Source: a virus (taxonomy: Duplodnaviria > Caudoviricetes). From it: a stretch of 64,000 nucleotides of DNA. Location of the stretch: IMG/VR virus record IMGVR_UViG_3300033067_001757, positions 32,001 through 96,000 of that record. One strand, written 5' to 3'. The notes beneath the pieces are model-generated. The model saw only the letters and a program-made list of their open reading frames with translations, did not search any database and was not told the DNA's origin. Shown here one piece after another: positions 29,178 through 39,169 of this stretch; within the stretch, counting starts at the first letter, position 1; each line of letters opens with the position of its first letter. The position numbers were made by a program, and so were the translations under genes.

Positions 29178-29609
29178 TTATTTCCCGGTACTCCCATAAC
29201 CACCGGTACCTCTTTCGGTTTCCGATAGTTCTTCAACAAGGTTCAGTGTAATATTCGGTATAGGAATGATCATCATCTGACCAATACGATCACCTTTATT
29301 ATATAAATTATATACATCTCCATTACCAATCTTTTTATAGCGAAATGTTATCTCACCTCTGTAATCTGAATCCACTACTCCAACAGAATTAGCCAAGATT
29401 AAAGTGGTCTTCGATACACTACTTCTTGGAAATAAAAGACCAACATATCCTTCAGGTATTTCTATAACAACACCGGTATTAAATTCCCAGTAATGATATT
29501 CATCATCCCACACAGGTTGCTCGGCAGCATACAGATCAAAACATGCAGCACCTTCAGTGGAGTATACCGGATCGGGTACCTCTCTTATCTTTTTATAATT
29601 TACAATCAT
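29178..29609 (-). CDS. dut: trimeric dUTPase
   Basis: AACFDL, PRSS, GVVDSDYRGEI, GDRIGQ, RGTGGYGSTG. Confidence 0.96.
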   Translation of the reverse strand: MIVNYKKIREVPDPVYSTEGAACFDLYAAEQPVWDDEYHYWEFNTGVVIEIPEGYVGLLFPRSSVSKTTLILANSVGVVDSDYRGEITFRYKKIGNGDVYNLYNKGDRIGQMMIIPIPNITLNLVEELSETERGTGGYGSTGK

Positions 29610-29610
29610 A

Positions 29611-29853
29611 TTACTTTTGTTTAAACAAGTCTCTCAAAGACTTCTTGATATCGGGAAGCCATAGTAGCATCCGGTTGTTTGATTCAAACGGTATTTTATT
29701 CGCGGTAAGGAATGCTTTAAGTATTGGCATCAGATGTGTATCTTCTACCATACCACACACTCCGAAATTGTGTAGTGTGCGTACATGGCCAGCCATCCAG
29801 TTGTTCTCTTTCTTGGCTGCTACGATTAGTTCTTTACTGAGGTATTGGTTCAT
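29611..29853 (-). CDS. hypothetical protein
   Basis: 80-aa packed ORF. Confidence 0.6.
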   Translation of the reverse strand: MNQYLSKELIVAAKKENNWMAGHVRTLHNFGVCGMVEDTHLMPILKAFLTANKIPFESNNRMLLWLPDIKKSLRDLFKQK

Positions 29854-30704
29854 ATCAATTCTTTTAAACTATATATTCTTTTGTAACCAACATCATATCG
29901 TTGATTGTGTGGAGCATCGAATAGGAAACAGCATATACCAGCTTTATTGATCTCAACGAAGTTGTCGAAACGATCATCAACAAATATTTCAACACCCGCT
30001 TCTTTTAGCACATCTATCTTAGAAGTCCCAACTGGTACAGTGATGACAGGTCTTGCAGGATATCCGTGTCTCTCCAACCATAATTCGGTTATAATGGTTG
30101 ATACTGGTCTGGATGTTACATAACAATGAGGTTCGAATGGTATGTCTTCAGGTTTAGTACGGGGCTTAAGATTGAGATAAAAAGAATCAAGCTTTCCATC
30201 CTTCTTCATCTTATCAAAACGCTTTACAATATCTCTGTCAAAGAACCATGATGATGGAGTTGGAATATCATAAAGTTTAACCCAATCGGTAACCCAATCA
30301 CATATTACTTCATCTATATCGAGCCCTATCTTTGGATGAGTTAAATATTGATGCCCCCGGTCATCACCTTGTGGATATATTTTGTAATAAGAAATTAATG
30401 ATAAACAGTTCCATGCAGCATGGGCCATGTGATATAACCCGGTATGATTGACACATGTACCAACTTTACATTGTGGACAGTCCGGATCATAATCAAAATC
30501 TTCACCGCTTTCAAATTGAGTAATATGACGTTTGAGTGACGCCAACATTTTACTCCACTTCATCCCTTTTTTCCAATTATTATCAGCATATTTCAGAGCA
30601 CCTTTTGTATAAACCTTGGCCACCTCATCGATAGCGAATGGTTCAAATAAATCATGACGTGCTTTACCTTGGTTTAATCTTAATCCTTTATCTGTATCAC
30701 TCAC
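29850..30704 (-). CDS. dATP/dGTP diphosphohydrolase (DUF5664) fused to a HAD 5'-nucleotidase
   Basis: N-term GK.RHDL...GALKY..NW.KG...RH...HMAHAAWN; C-term IGLDIDEV, VTSR, FVDD, PHN. Confidence 0.85.
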   Translation of the reverse strand: MSDTDKGLRLNQGKARHDLFEPFAIDEVAKVYTKGALKYADNNWKKGMKWSKMLASLKRHITQFESGEDFDYDPDCPQCKVGTCVNHTGLYHMAHAAWNCLSLISYYKIYPQGDDRGHQYLTHPKIGLDIDEVICDWVTDWVKLYDIPTPSSWFFDRDIVKRFDKMKKDGKLDSFYLNLKPRTKPEDIPFEPHCYVTSRPVSTIITELWLERHGYPARPVITVPVGTSKIDVLKEAGVEIFVDDRFDNFVEINKAGICCFLFDAPHNQRYDVGYKRIYSLKELI

Positions 30705-32011
30705 TTCAATATATTTTTAGTTTCTTCATAATCATCAACCACTTTATTATCTTTCAGCAGTATAGTTGTCTTATCTTTTATCTTAGCCTTACCGACCATC
30801 TCGAATACGAGTTGGTATCCTTTACCGGTGAGGTATGCTTCAATCTCTTTGAGGTTATCTTCATCAAGCAGGTTTGCATCCTGGATGAATACATATTTGA
30901 GTTTTGGATTCTGAGAGGATATGAGTACTGGTATGGTCTTTAGTAACTCACCGGTGCTGAAGAACGGTTCTTTGATAAGCTTACCATCCATGAGTAGTTG
31001 ACCTTCATCATCTATGCTGAGATTATCGAATGGGAGCTTCAATGATTTGATGTAATCTATGCGATCCTGCTCCTTGGTTTTTTGTTTGTTGGTGTTAGTA
31101 TCGAGCTTCGCTTTCGTATCATCCTTCTGTTGCTTCTTCTCGATATATTTCTGGTATGCAACAGCCTTATCGTTTGTATCTGATGCGTTTTGTATCTGCA
31201 GGTTGATGTCATCGAGAGGCTTGATTGGTTCCGGTATGGGTAATTCAGCTAAAGCCGCTTCGGTAGACACGATGCTATCCCTAACAACAAGCAGTTTAGC
31301 TTTAAGACGAACGATTTCATCTACTATATCATCAGCTTCTGTTACTAAGGACGCAATCTGATCCTTAGCTGCAATAATAGCTTCCTGTTTCTTACCCTGT
31401 TCTGTATTAAACTCAATGATCTCATCCTTTTGCTTCGACAAGTCAGCAAAGTCTACCTTCTCAGCATAGTCCACCGGTGTCAGTTCGCCCAGATTACGGT
31501 AATCGCGGTTGATATTCGTATACTCTGTTTTAAGCTCTTTGATCTCATTATCTATGCCAGCAGTATCAATACCTATAGCCAGCGCCTGACCCTTCGGAGA
31601 GAGCTCCGTAAAGCGTTTTGGAGCTATTAAAAAAAGATTGAACAGATCGGTAAGCCACTGTTGATTCAGATTGGCTGTATCAGGTCCCTGGAACTTTAAT
31701 TCGGTACCAGTCTTGGTAAGCTTACGGAGCACCTTTACTTCCCACCCGGTCTTTTCATCGTATAGAGTCATCTCACCTTTACCGGTAACACCGTTAGGGC
31801 CTATGAAACGGAATCTTTCACTGATGATTGGTGATGTGCCTTTAGCTACTTTCTCGGATATACCTTCAAAGATGAATTGTACACCAGTGATACCGAGTGT
31901 GGATTTACCACCACCATTCTTACCGACCAGGTAGGTCACATTTTCATCGAAGGATACGGATACTGAAGCGTAATTAGCGAAATTGTTGAGGGATATGTCT
32001 TTTATTTTCAT
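30701..32011 (-). CDS. SMC/Rad50-like ATPase
   Basis: Walker A GKNGGGKST, long coiled coil, signature FSTGE, Walker B-like VFIQD. Confidence 0.8.
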   Translation of the reverse strand: MKIKDISLNNFANYASVSVSFDENVTYLVGKNGGGKSTLGITGVQFIFEGISEKVAKGTSPIISERFRFIGPNGVTGKGEMTLYDEKTGWEVKVLRKLTKTGTELKFQGPDTANLNQQWLTDLFNLFLIAPKRFTELSPKGQALAIGIDTAGIDNEIKELKTEYTNINRDYRNLGELTPVDYAEKVDFADLSKQKDEIIEFNTEQGKKQEAIIAAKDQIASLVTEADDIVDEIVRLKAKLLVVRDSIVSTEAALAELPIPEPIKPLDDINLQIQNASDTNDKAVAYQKYIEKKQQKDDTKAKLDTNTNKQKTKEQDRIDYIKSLKLPFDNLSIDDEGQLLMDGKLIKEPFFSTGELLKTIPVLISSQNPKLKYVFIQDANLLDEDNLKEIEAYLTGKGYQLVFEMVGKAKIKDKTTILLKDNKVVDDYEETKNILK

Positions 32012-33591
32012 TTAGCTAAGCGTTGACGGATCATGTCGAGGGTTTCTTCTATGATCATTTTACTGTCTTTGAATACAGTTCGTAAAGCCCCACCTTGCTC
32101 TTCTTCTTTGGTACATTGATCTTTCAACTGATAAGTAGAGTGATGTAGTTTACCGAGACTGTCTGCATTTAATATTTCATTAACGCGGAGTAAGCCTTTG
32201 GCGCTTTTCTTGGTACCATCATCTGTAATAGGATCCTTAAATATTTCACGGCCAACTGATACCATTTGATTGTGTACAGCACCATCTGCAGATGCTACTA
32301 CTGATACCGGTTCAAGTACTTCACCGTATGTAGCTTTTACAGCGAAGCCAAACAAGTCCCTGGTGATCCAATATTGGTTTCCCGGAGATGTTTCACCACC
32401 AGTATATGTCATACTACCAATACCAAGGACAATATTAGTAGAAGCGAAGCCTTTAGCTTTCAATCTTGCACATATTTCATCGGCTAAAACAAGGGTTATA
32501 GAATCACCATAAATACCACCTATATGTGAATCAAGGACTTTATAACCTTTATCGTTTATAGTACCCCCGAATATTTCCCACAAACATTCAACCAATCCTT
32601 TTTTATAGAATTCTGGATAATACGCCTGCTTTTCTCTTTCGGTCAATTCATCATCGTGACCACATATAATATCAGCAGGTGTTCGCTTGTTAGGACAGGA
32701 ATCGGGTCTAATAACAAGTTTCCCATCTCGACTCATTATTTCGTTCTTTATTTGAAATAAGACACCATCCGATTCAGGTTTAGCTACTTTAGTTATATCC
32801 CAGGTATCCATAACTTTTGAAATGATACCAGTCTTGTATAATCTAAATGCTTTTAGGATTGAATCTTTCTCATTTCCTTCTCCACCCATGCACTCCACGC
32901 TATGTTCAGATGCTGGCACCGATGCACCGATCAAACCTGCCGCATTGTAGCTTTTTTTCAACTGATATATAGCTGGGATAACATCTGTACCAGTAAAGCT
33001 CAGAAGATGACCCATACCGGATAAAATAGAAGACTCTACTGATGACATACCTCGCATAGAGAAGTCATGACCTTGCCATTGTACACCATCTGCGTTACCA
33101 GTAGTCTCAATCGCATATTTTGTAAGTAATTTCTTGTACTCATATGCTATTGTAGCAGATGTGATCGGTTGCCAAAGGGTACAACTGATAAGTGTTTCAA
33201 GATAGTTTACGAGCCATGCAAACTCCGGATGAGTATTGGTAATGGTTAACAAAGGAACACCAATTGGACATCTTGATCCTTCTGGTAAAGCTTTGATTTC
33301 AATAGGTAAATATCCCAACTCGTGAAGTCTTTCAATATGACTGAGATCAATCTTTATCTCTTCGTAATATTCATCGCGAATCTTACTCCATGGTACATTG
33401 AAAAACTCTTTATCGAAAGCGTCGATAAGATAAGTTTTACATAAGTGTTGTATAGCGAATACAACAACCTTATCGACACCTTTCATCCTGCTTTTTCTCG
33501 GAGTGAGATTGGAATTGAGTTTTGTCATTCCATCCGGATACATCGGGTTGTGATGTGGCTTGTAAAAATCTACTAATAATAGTGGGTTCAT
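32008..33591 (-). CDS. nicotinamide phosphoribosyltransferase-like protein (NAMPT/Namat)
   Basis: DFYK, HDFSMRG, SVPASEHS, LVIRPDS, IYGDSIT, KDPITDDGTKKSAKG. Confidence 0.92.
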   Translation of the reverse strand: MNPLLLVDFYKPHHNPMYPDGMTKLNSNLTPRKSRMKGVDKVVVFAIQHLCKTYLIDAFDKEFFNVPWSKIRDEYYEEIKIDLSHIERLHELGYLPIEIKALPEGSRCPIGVPLLTITNTHPEFAWLVNYLETLISCTLWQPITSATIAYEYKKLLTKYAIETTGNADGVQWQGHDFSMRGMSSVESSILSGMGHLLSFTGTDVIPAIYQLKKSYNAAGLIGASVPASEHSVECMGGEGNEKDSILKAFRLYKTGIISKVMDTWDITKVAKPESDGVLFQIKNEIMSRDGKLVIRPDSCPNKRTPADIICGHDDELTEREKQAYYPEFYKKGLVECLWEIFGGTINDKGYKVLDSHIGGIYGDSITLVLADEICARLKAKGFASTNIVLGIGSMTYTGGETSPGNQYWITRDLFGFAVKATYGEVLEPVSVVASADGAVHNQMVSVGREIFKDPITDDGTKKSAKGLLRVNEILNADSLGKLHHSTYQLKDQCTKEEEQGGALRTVFKDSKMIIEETLDMIRQRLAK

Positions 33592-33613
33592 GACCTTTAT
33601 TTTTTGTTGTTTA

Positions 33614-34081
33614 TTATGGTTGATATAATACGACTGTCACATCGCAGTCTTTAAATTCTTTTTGTATTATAAGCTTGATAGTATCCCAGTCACCACCGGC
33701 AAGGTGGCTTCCGATAGCCGGTAAACCAATATGCTTTCCTTTAAACGTATGATTCATCTTACGCATACAGAGAGTGAAAGCATCATAGTCAAATGGTTTT
33801 GTTTCTGTTGACCAATGGTATTGGGTGTAACAGTTCACCACAGCTAAGAAATTAGGTTTGCCCAGATTTGCAAACTGCTGCCAATCAATCTGACCGAGTT
33901 TATTAATATCACCCGCATACCTCGGTGCTTCTAATGGAAAATAATCAGTTCCAAAAGCTTTAACCATTTGTGGTGCCAGGCCACGTTTTTGACGACACAT
34001 ACAATTACATCCATGAGCGATTACGTCGAATGCTCCAGACTTGGCGAGTGTAATCAAATTACCTTCAATTTCTTTATACAT
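33614..34081 (-). CDS. macrodomain protein (ADP-ribose hydrolase-like)
   Basis: GNLI...IAHGCNC...GLA...YTQY...PAIGSHLAGGDW. Confidence 0.88.
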   Translation of the reverse strand: MYKEIEGNLITLAKSGAFDVIAHGCNCMCRQKRGLAPQMVKAFGTDYFPLEAPRYAGDINKLGQIDWQQFANLGKPNFLAVVNCYTQYHWSTETKPFDYDAFTLCMRKMNHTFKGKHIGLPAIGSHLAGGDWDTIKLIIQKEFKDCDVTVVLYQP

Positions 34082-35010
34082 TAGAATACATTTAACTGTT
34101 TAACAAATCCTACTTTACTCATAGTAAGCATCACACCATTGTTGACATTATCATGACCAATAAAAGCAGCATCAATGTCTTTCACTGAATTAGTGCAGAA
34201 TATATTATCAAACCATTCATCCAATACTTTCAATCCACCTGAGAATATTCCGTGTGTGATAATGAGATAAATCTTAGCTTGTGGACGCATTGATTTAATA
34301 ACCTTAGATATCTCAATAAACGTTCGACCACCATCACAGATGTCATCAATGATTATAAATGTATCGTGAGTATGTTCACCTGCAACAAGAGGTACCTGTG
34401 TTGATAATATTTTTCCAGTAGAAATATCACGATGCTTTGATGCTACGATAACATCATTTTTATAATCTATAGCCTGGGCTACATCGTATATTTTTTTAAG
34501 TGCTCCGGCATCCGGAGATATCAACGCAAATTGATCTGAAGTATATCCTTCACAATCGCAATTGTCTGATTCATAACATCCAAGATTCAGTGCTTCCAAA
34601 GCAAATGTTACAAGTGAAGTATTGTCTCGTTTGATAAGATTATTTATCACCGCTTCAGAGACGTCACTGTGTGGATCAATAACTTCTACTGAGGAATAGT
34701 TTTGTGCGTTTATAATAGGAGCAACGACATCGCGGAGATAGCTGGTGCCACCTTTCTGGAATTTGCGGTCTGACCTGGCACCAAGGATATTAGGAATGAA
34801 TAGATGGATTTGTGTAACACCATTATTTTTAAGCGCTTTAGTGGCACAGATGATAAGTTCCAAATCTCTGAAATTGTTAAATCTGGAGCTTATCTGTACC
34901 GGGCCAACCCAATCGGTTTTAATTATGATATCCTGTTGTCCGTCTGGATAACTTCTCTTCTCATAATTAATAGATGAATTTTCACTATCTAATAGATTGA
35001 GTACTTTCAT
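34081..35010 (-). CDS. ribose-phosphate pyrophosphokinase-like protein (PRS/Adps)
   Basis: YPDGQ, ARSDR, DPHS, SPDAGA, IIDDICDGGRTF, THG. Confidence 0.9.
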   Translation of the reverse strand: MKVLNLLDSENSSINYEKRSYPDGQQDIIIKTDWVGPVQISSRFNNFRDLELIICATKALKNNGVTQIHLFIPNILGARSDRKFQKGGTSYLRDVVAPIINAQNYSSVEVIDPHSDVSEAVINNLIKRDNTSLVTFALEALNLGCYESDNCDCEGYTSDQFALISPDAGALKKIYDVAQAIDYKNDVIVASKHRDISTGKILSTQVPLVAGEHTHDTFIIIDDICDGGRTFIEISKVIKSMRPQAKIYLIITHGIFSGGLKVLDEWFDNIFCTNSVKDIDAAFIGHDNVNNGVMLTMSKVGFVKQLNVF

Positions 35011-35033
35011 GACCTTTATTTGTATATTTCATG

Positions 35034-35065
35034 CAAAGCTAAGACAAGTTCTCTAATAAAACAAA
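35034..35065 (-). promoter_or_regulatory. Bacteroidota sigma-70 promoter for the NAD operon
   Basis: TTTG-N20-TAGCTTTG. Confidence 0.8.
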
Positions 35066-35078
35066 TATTTGTAGAACT

Positions 35079-36983
35079 TTATTTTATTGGGCAGGCACCA
35101 GAACTACAATCTTCCAGTTGAAAATCATCTTCTTTAACCTCTACAGAAGTTATAGGTCTTACTTTAGATATGATATCTAAATATTGTTCTTCTGAAATGG
35201 TTTCATATGGAGCTTGGTCAAAACCGTGTCCATGATACAATAGAAATGATACAGTTTTAAGACCTTCTCTATAATTATCTGTCAACCATTCTTTAATGCC
35301 TGGTAGTTCTTCCTTCTTATATGTAACAGTAACTGATACAGCATTGTCTGACCATATTTGCTGAACATTCTTAATCATATTTAACTGATCTATAGCAGAT
35401 ATGTTTTCAGCAACCGGTGTATAAGATGGAATACGACATGGAAATTCTACAACAACAGTAGTTCTATCCTCACTACCATCAAATCTCCGCTGGAATTCTA
35501 CCTTATAACCATTTTTACGACATATCTCTACAAGAGGTGAACCTGATGATATACGGATTCTTCTGATGAAACACGGGCCTGCAGGTGAAACATTGGAGCC
35601 GGGTGTAACTCCTCTGAGTAAACTGAGGGTTCCAGATGGTTTGCTTGTAGTAATTTTAATACTCGGAGGAAATCCGTTTGCTTCGCTGTATTGCTTGTCA
35701 AACTCTCTCAAATAAACGTAACATTCCTCAAGCCATGACCTTTGTTCGTCTGTTGCCTGCCAAACACCGGTGATTCCTATACCCATTCTCATATTCTTAT
35801 TGACGATTACCTCTGTCTCTTTATTATGACAAGGTAAAGCCAGTGAATGCTTACATATACGATACAGATATTTCGCTACTTTGAACAATTCTTCTTTTGA
35901 TTCTATAGCATTGAGATATATCTCAGCCAAACAACATGTTTCAAAGTTGTTGAGACTCTGTTCAGCACATGGATTATACCCTATCACATCCGGATCGGGA
36001 TATTGAGTTTCTCCGAGTCTACCGACAAGTCTGCTGAGTCTTAAATTGATAAGACCATATGGTTCACCCTGATTATATGTTTCCCAAAACTCTTCTGGTA
36101 AGTCCTGTATATTTTCACATACAACCGAGTTATTACTCATAGAACGCCAATTAGGGATGCTTCCCAAATCCCAACGCTTCGCTTTCAAAAACTTAATATC
36201 ATCACTGTCACCTATAGCTATCTGTGCAGACCTGCGAACATTACCGGCAACAACAATCTGACCAATAATATTCATGATATCAAGACAGTCAATTGGTTCG
36301 AGTTTCTTATTAGCTTTAGCGTTAAGTATCTTGTGTATTTCATTTATACCCCAACACAGTTCTTCAGGCCCAGATGCCGTACCACCAAACCCCTTAATAG
36401 TAGCACCTTTACCACGAACACACATAGTGGAATATGTAAAGCTTTCTCCACTATAGAAATGAGCCTTCAATACTTTACCCAAGAGTTTCACCCACCCTTC
36501 CCGGCTGTCAGGTACTATAAAATCAGCATCTGCTACATCCTTTCTTTCAATCTTTATCTTACCCTTTACCTTCGGTAACTGATATACATTTTCTTTCTGA
36601 ATATTATAACCAACACCGCTGCCAAGCATCAGCATGTCGAAAGCCCAGGTAAATGGTCTGATTGGACTATCTACTACTACTGTAGCACAATTTTGTAATG
36701 AGGGTAATCCCAATTTCTTAACAGTAGACGTTCCCAATTGCCATAAGAATCTACCGGCCACCATACCCTTCAGGTTCATCAATATATCACCTAACTCTTG
36801 TTCTTCAGTTTCGGTAAATCCTACTTTTAATTGTGTCTTACATGCTTTTATTACTCTCTCTATCGTCTCATTAAATTCTTCCGTTCTCGAATTGATATCG
36901 TTATCATTTATTCTTCTTGCGTATGTCCTTTTGTATGTTATATAACCGATTTCTCCCCATGGAGTTTTGATATCCTTATACAT
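35079..36983 (-). CDS. nrdJ: class II (B12-dependent, monomeric type) ribonucleotide reductase
   Basis: GRFLWQLG, LQNC, GNVRRSA, NPCAEQ, KPSGT, C-terminal C..GACPIK. Confidence 0.9.
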   Translation of the reverse strand: MYKDIKTPWGEIGYITYKRTYARRINDNDINSRTEEFNETIERVIKACKTQLKVGFTETEEQELGDILMNLKGMVAGRFLWQLGTSTVKKLGLPSLQNCATVVVDSPIRPFTWAFDMLMLGSGVGYNIQKENVYQLPKVKGKIKIERKDVADADFIVPDSREGWVKLLGKVLKAHFYSGESFTYSTMCVRGKGATIKGFGGTASGPEELCWGINEIHKILNAKANKKLEPIDCLDIMNIIGQIVVAGNVRRSAQIAIGDSDDIKFLKAKRWDLGSIPNWRSMSNNSVVCENIQDLPEEFWETYNQGEPYGLINLRLSRLVGRLGETQYPDPDVIGYNPCAEQSLNNFETCCLAEIYLNAIESKEELFKVAKYLYRICKHSLALPCHNKETEVIVNKNMRMGIGITGVWQATDEQRSWLEECYVYLREFDKQYSEANGFPPSIKITTSKPSGTLSLLRGVTPGSNVSPAGPCFIRRIRISSGSPLVEICRKNGYKVEFQRRFDGSEDRTTVVVEFPCRIPSYTPVAENISAIDQLNMIKNVQQIWSDNAVSVTVTYKKEELPGIKEWLTDNYREGLKTVSFLLYHGHGFDQAPYETISEEQYLDIISKVRPITSVEVKEDDFQLEDCSSGACPIK

Positions 36984-37009
36984 CCTGTAAAAGCGTAGTT
37001 TATAGTGTT

Positions 37010-37043
37010 AAAAATACCCCGACGAAGTATCTTGCCGGGTATA
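37010..37043 (-). terminator. hairpin plus U-tract between helicase and nrdJ
   Basis: ATACCCGGC...GTCGGGGTAT followed by TTTT on the minus strand. Confidence 0.5.
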
Positions 37044-37114
37044 TAAATAGTGTGAAATGTTTGAAAGAAAAATGTTTGTTGGTAACTTTTTTCGATGGTA
37101 TATATGATATGCTA

Positions 37115-38434
37115 TTATTGATTTATACGCATGAACTTTCCTTTAACTTCTTTTTTAAATTCTTCTTCTTCCTCTTCCATAGCATTCTCATCGTATGGTT
37201 TCGAATCGATTACAATGTGACCATTCCTACGGTTAAAAGAAGATTTAAATGCAACACCATCATCACCGTAACGGTTGCCCATCATATACCAAATATTGGT
37301 CTTCTTCGAAACTGTCATGATAATATCTGCTATCATAAATTTTTCGTAGGTACCAGCCAAATGGTTATCCTTAATAATATCAATATCCGAGGCGGTTCTG
37401 TTAGCCTGTGCAGGCGAAACAATCGGTACGTTTAATACCTCAGCCAATCCTTTAGCATCTGTAAATACGTCACCAGCATCCTCGTTTTTATCTTTCCTGT
37501 CTTTTACATTACGAAGTTTTTCGAGATAATCTATGATAATAAGACCTGGTTCCCAGCCATCCTGGTTCTTCTGCTTACGCAAATGTTTCTCAATAGTTGT
37601 CAGTGTGGTCCTGCCGGGTGGATATTTCTTAATACGTATACGTTCAGAGAATTCCGATACAGTTCGTTTAACTTCATCAACATTTTTGTCAAGTTCATCA
37701 ACTTCTATACCGGTAAAGTAAGCATCGTATCTCTTTGCTGTATATGCTTCAGATAACTCTAAGGAGTAATGCATTACATTTTTACCTAGTTTGGCTGCAT
37801 GAGCACCCATAGCCACACATCCCCAGGATTTTCCACCTTTAGGATTCGAGACTATAATTACAAGATCACCACCACCCGGTCCACCCTGAGTAATATTGGT
37901 AAGAGTTGGCCATGGAAATGGAATAGGATTCCTGGCATCGTCCGTATAGCGCGATTCTACATCTCTTTCGTAATAGTAAACCTCTTCCTTTTGTTCACCG
38001 GACTTTAATGCGTTTCCGATCAATCTGAATATATCTTCGTATTCACCGTTCTGTTCAAGGATATCTGCAGACATCAGGATCGCATCTTTCATCACCTGAT
38101 TTCTACAAAAGTTAGCAAATTCCTCTTTCACATATTCGATATCATCTTCAGTAGATGTATATGCTTGTTTAAGCTCAAGCTTGATTGCTTCTTTTAATAC
38201 AGCATTCTTCTCTTTCTTCATCTCAACTTTCAATACTTCCATAGTTGGATTAGTATGATATTGACTGAAGTAATTTATAATAACATCAACAATCCATTTA
38301 TGTGCTGCGTTATCAAAGTATTCAGATGTTAATGAATCCGATATTGATTGCAGAAACAGTTTATCGTTGAGTAATGAATATAAAATCTTAATCTGGAATG
38401 AGTGTCCGAACTCGCTCAGTTTGTTCATCGTCAT
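37115..38434 (-). CDS. DnaB-like replicative helicase (T4 gp41-like)
   Basis: NPKGGKS, YSLEL, IIIDY, PAQANR, NRYG. Confidence 0.9.
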   Translation of the reverse strand: MTMNKLSEFGHSFQIKILYSLLNDKLFLQSISDSLTSEYFDNAAHKWIVDVIINYFSQYHTNPTMEVLKVEMKKEKNAVLKEAIKLELKQAYTSTEDDIEYVKEEFANFCRNQVMKDAILMSADILEQNGEYEDIFRLIGNALKSGEQKEEVYYYERDVESRYTDDARNPIPFPWPTLTNITQGGPGGGDLVIIVSNPKGGKSWGCVAMGAHAAKLGKNVMHYSLELSEAYTAKRYDAYFTGIEVDELDKNVDEVKRTVSEFSERIRIKKYPPGRTTLTTIEKHLRKQKNQDGWEPGLIIIDYLEKLRNVKDRKDKNEDAGDVFTDAKGLAEVLNVPIVSPAQANRTASDIDIIKDNHLAGTYEKFMIADIIMTVSKKTNIWYMMGNRYGDDGVAFKSSFNRRNGHIVIDSKPYDENAMEEEEEEFKKEVKGKFMRINQ

Positions 38435-38467
38435 GTTATATATCCTATCTTTTTTTCGTGACCTTTA

Positions 38468-38692
38468 TTAAAATAATTCCCATTGATCAATATAATCCCA
38501 TTGTGATTCTTTGGCTTTATCTTCAATAGCTTCTTTCACCAGCTTTAGAACCTTCTTATTAACATGAAAATCCTCCACCGTATCTATAGCCCAACCGAGA
38601 TATTTCGGATCAATATCAAGTACAGTTTTAATGGTCTGTCGTTTATACTTTCCGAAAGTGAATTTATCCCCGAGACCCAAAGATTTTGTCAT
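38468..38692 (-). CDS. small FGKY-motif protein (DUF3820/ExoX C-terminal-like)
   Basis: FTFGKYK..TI..V...DPKYLGW. Confidence 0.7.
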   Translation of the reverse strand: MTKSLGLGDKFTFGKYKRQTIKTVLDIDPKYLGWAIDTVEDFHVNKKVLKLVKEAIEDKAKESQWDYIDQWELF

Positions 38693-38700
38693 GACCTTAA

Positions 38701-38904
38701 TTATTTCCTGTTATACAGCCTGTGTGCGTATAGATGCTCATACCATCTGGTAGATGCTTTCTCTATATCTTTCTTCTTGAATGGATTCTTCTTACCGGCT
38801 GTCGTGTAAGTATTGTACCAGTAAACAGGATCCTCCCGGCACCGTATGAATTCATCGTAGTGATGGTCGAAGAGTTTTGTGTTGTTGTTCATATTATTGT
38901 ACAA
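38701..38904 (-). CDS. small protein resembling the large terminase N-terminus
   Basis: EFIRCREDPVYWYNTY...PF resembles the gp17-family E[YW]xKCxxDxVYFxxxY segment. Confidence 0.55.
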   Translation of the reverse strand: MYNNMNNNTKLFDHHYDEFIRCREDPVYWYNTYTTAGKKNPFKKKDIEKASTRWYEHLYAHRLYNRK

Positions 38905-39160
38905 TCAGTTTTACTTCCATCCCGGTAATCTCCTTAATGGAATTGATAATATTATCTTGCACATCAACCGCTATTTGTTTCGGTATCGCGTCATCTTCGG
39001 GAACTATTATAGACGCTTCCAGTTGAGGCTTATTAAATAATATATCAGGAAGTTCAAGATTAATCTTTATACTGACCTCATCCCAGGCAAGATCGGGTTT
39101 TCCTTTTGATACGCGAACGCTACCATTCTTATTTACAGTTAAATGACATTGAAGTTTCAT
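38894..39160 (-). CDS. hypothetical protein
   Basis: 88-aa packed ORF. Confidence 0.65.
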   Translation of the reverse strand: MKLQCHLTVNKNGSVRVSKGKPDLAWDEVSIKINLELPDILFNKPQLEASIIVPEDDAIPKQIAVDVQDNIINSIKEITGMEVKLIVQ

Positions 39161-39169
39161 AGTAATATT

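Noticed and set aside
29850-30704. Calling the genome a 2-aminoadenine (Z) genome
   Set aside because: DUF5664 alone is insufficient; no purZ or datZ is in the window
36984-37114. Cobalamin riboswitch upstream of nrdJ
   Set aside because: The region is only about 130 nt and AT-rich, with no recognisable B12 box; only a terminator-like hairpin
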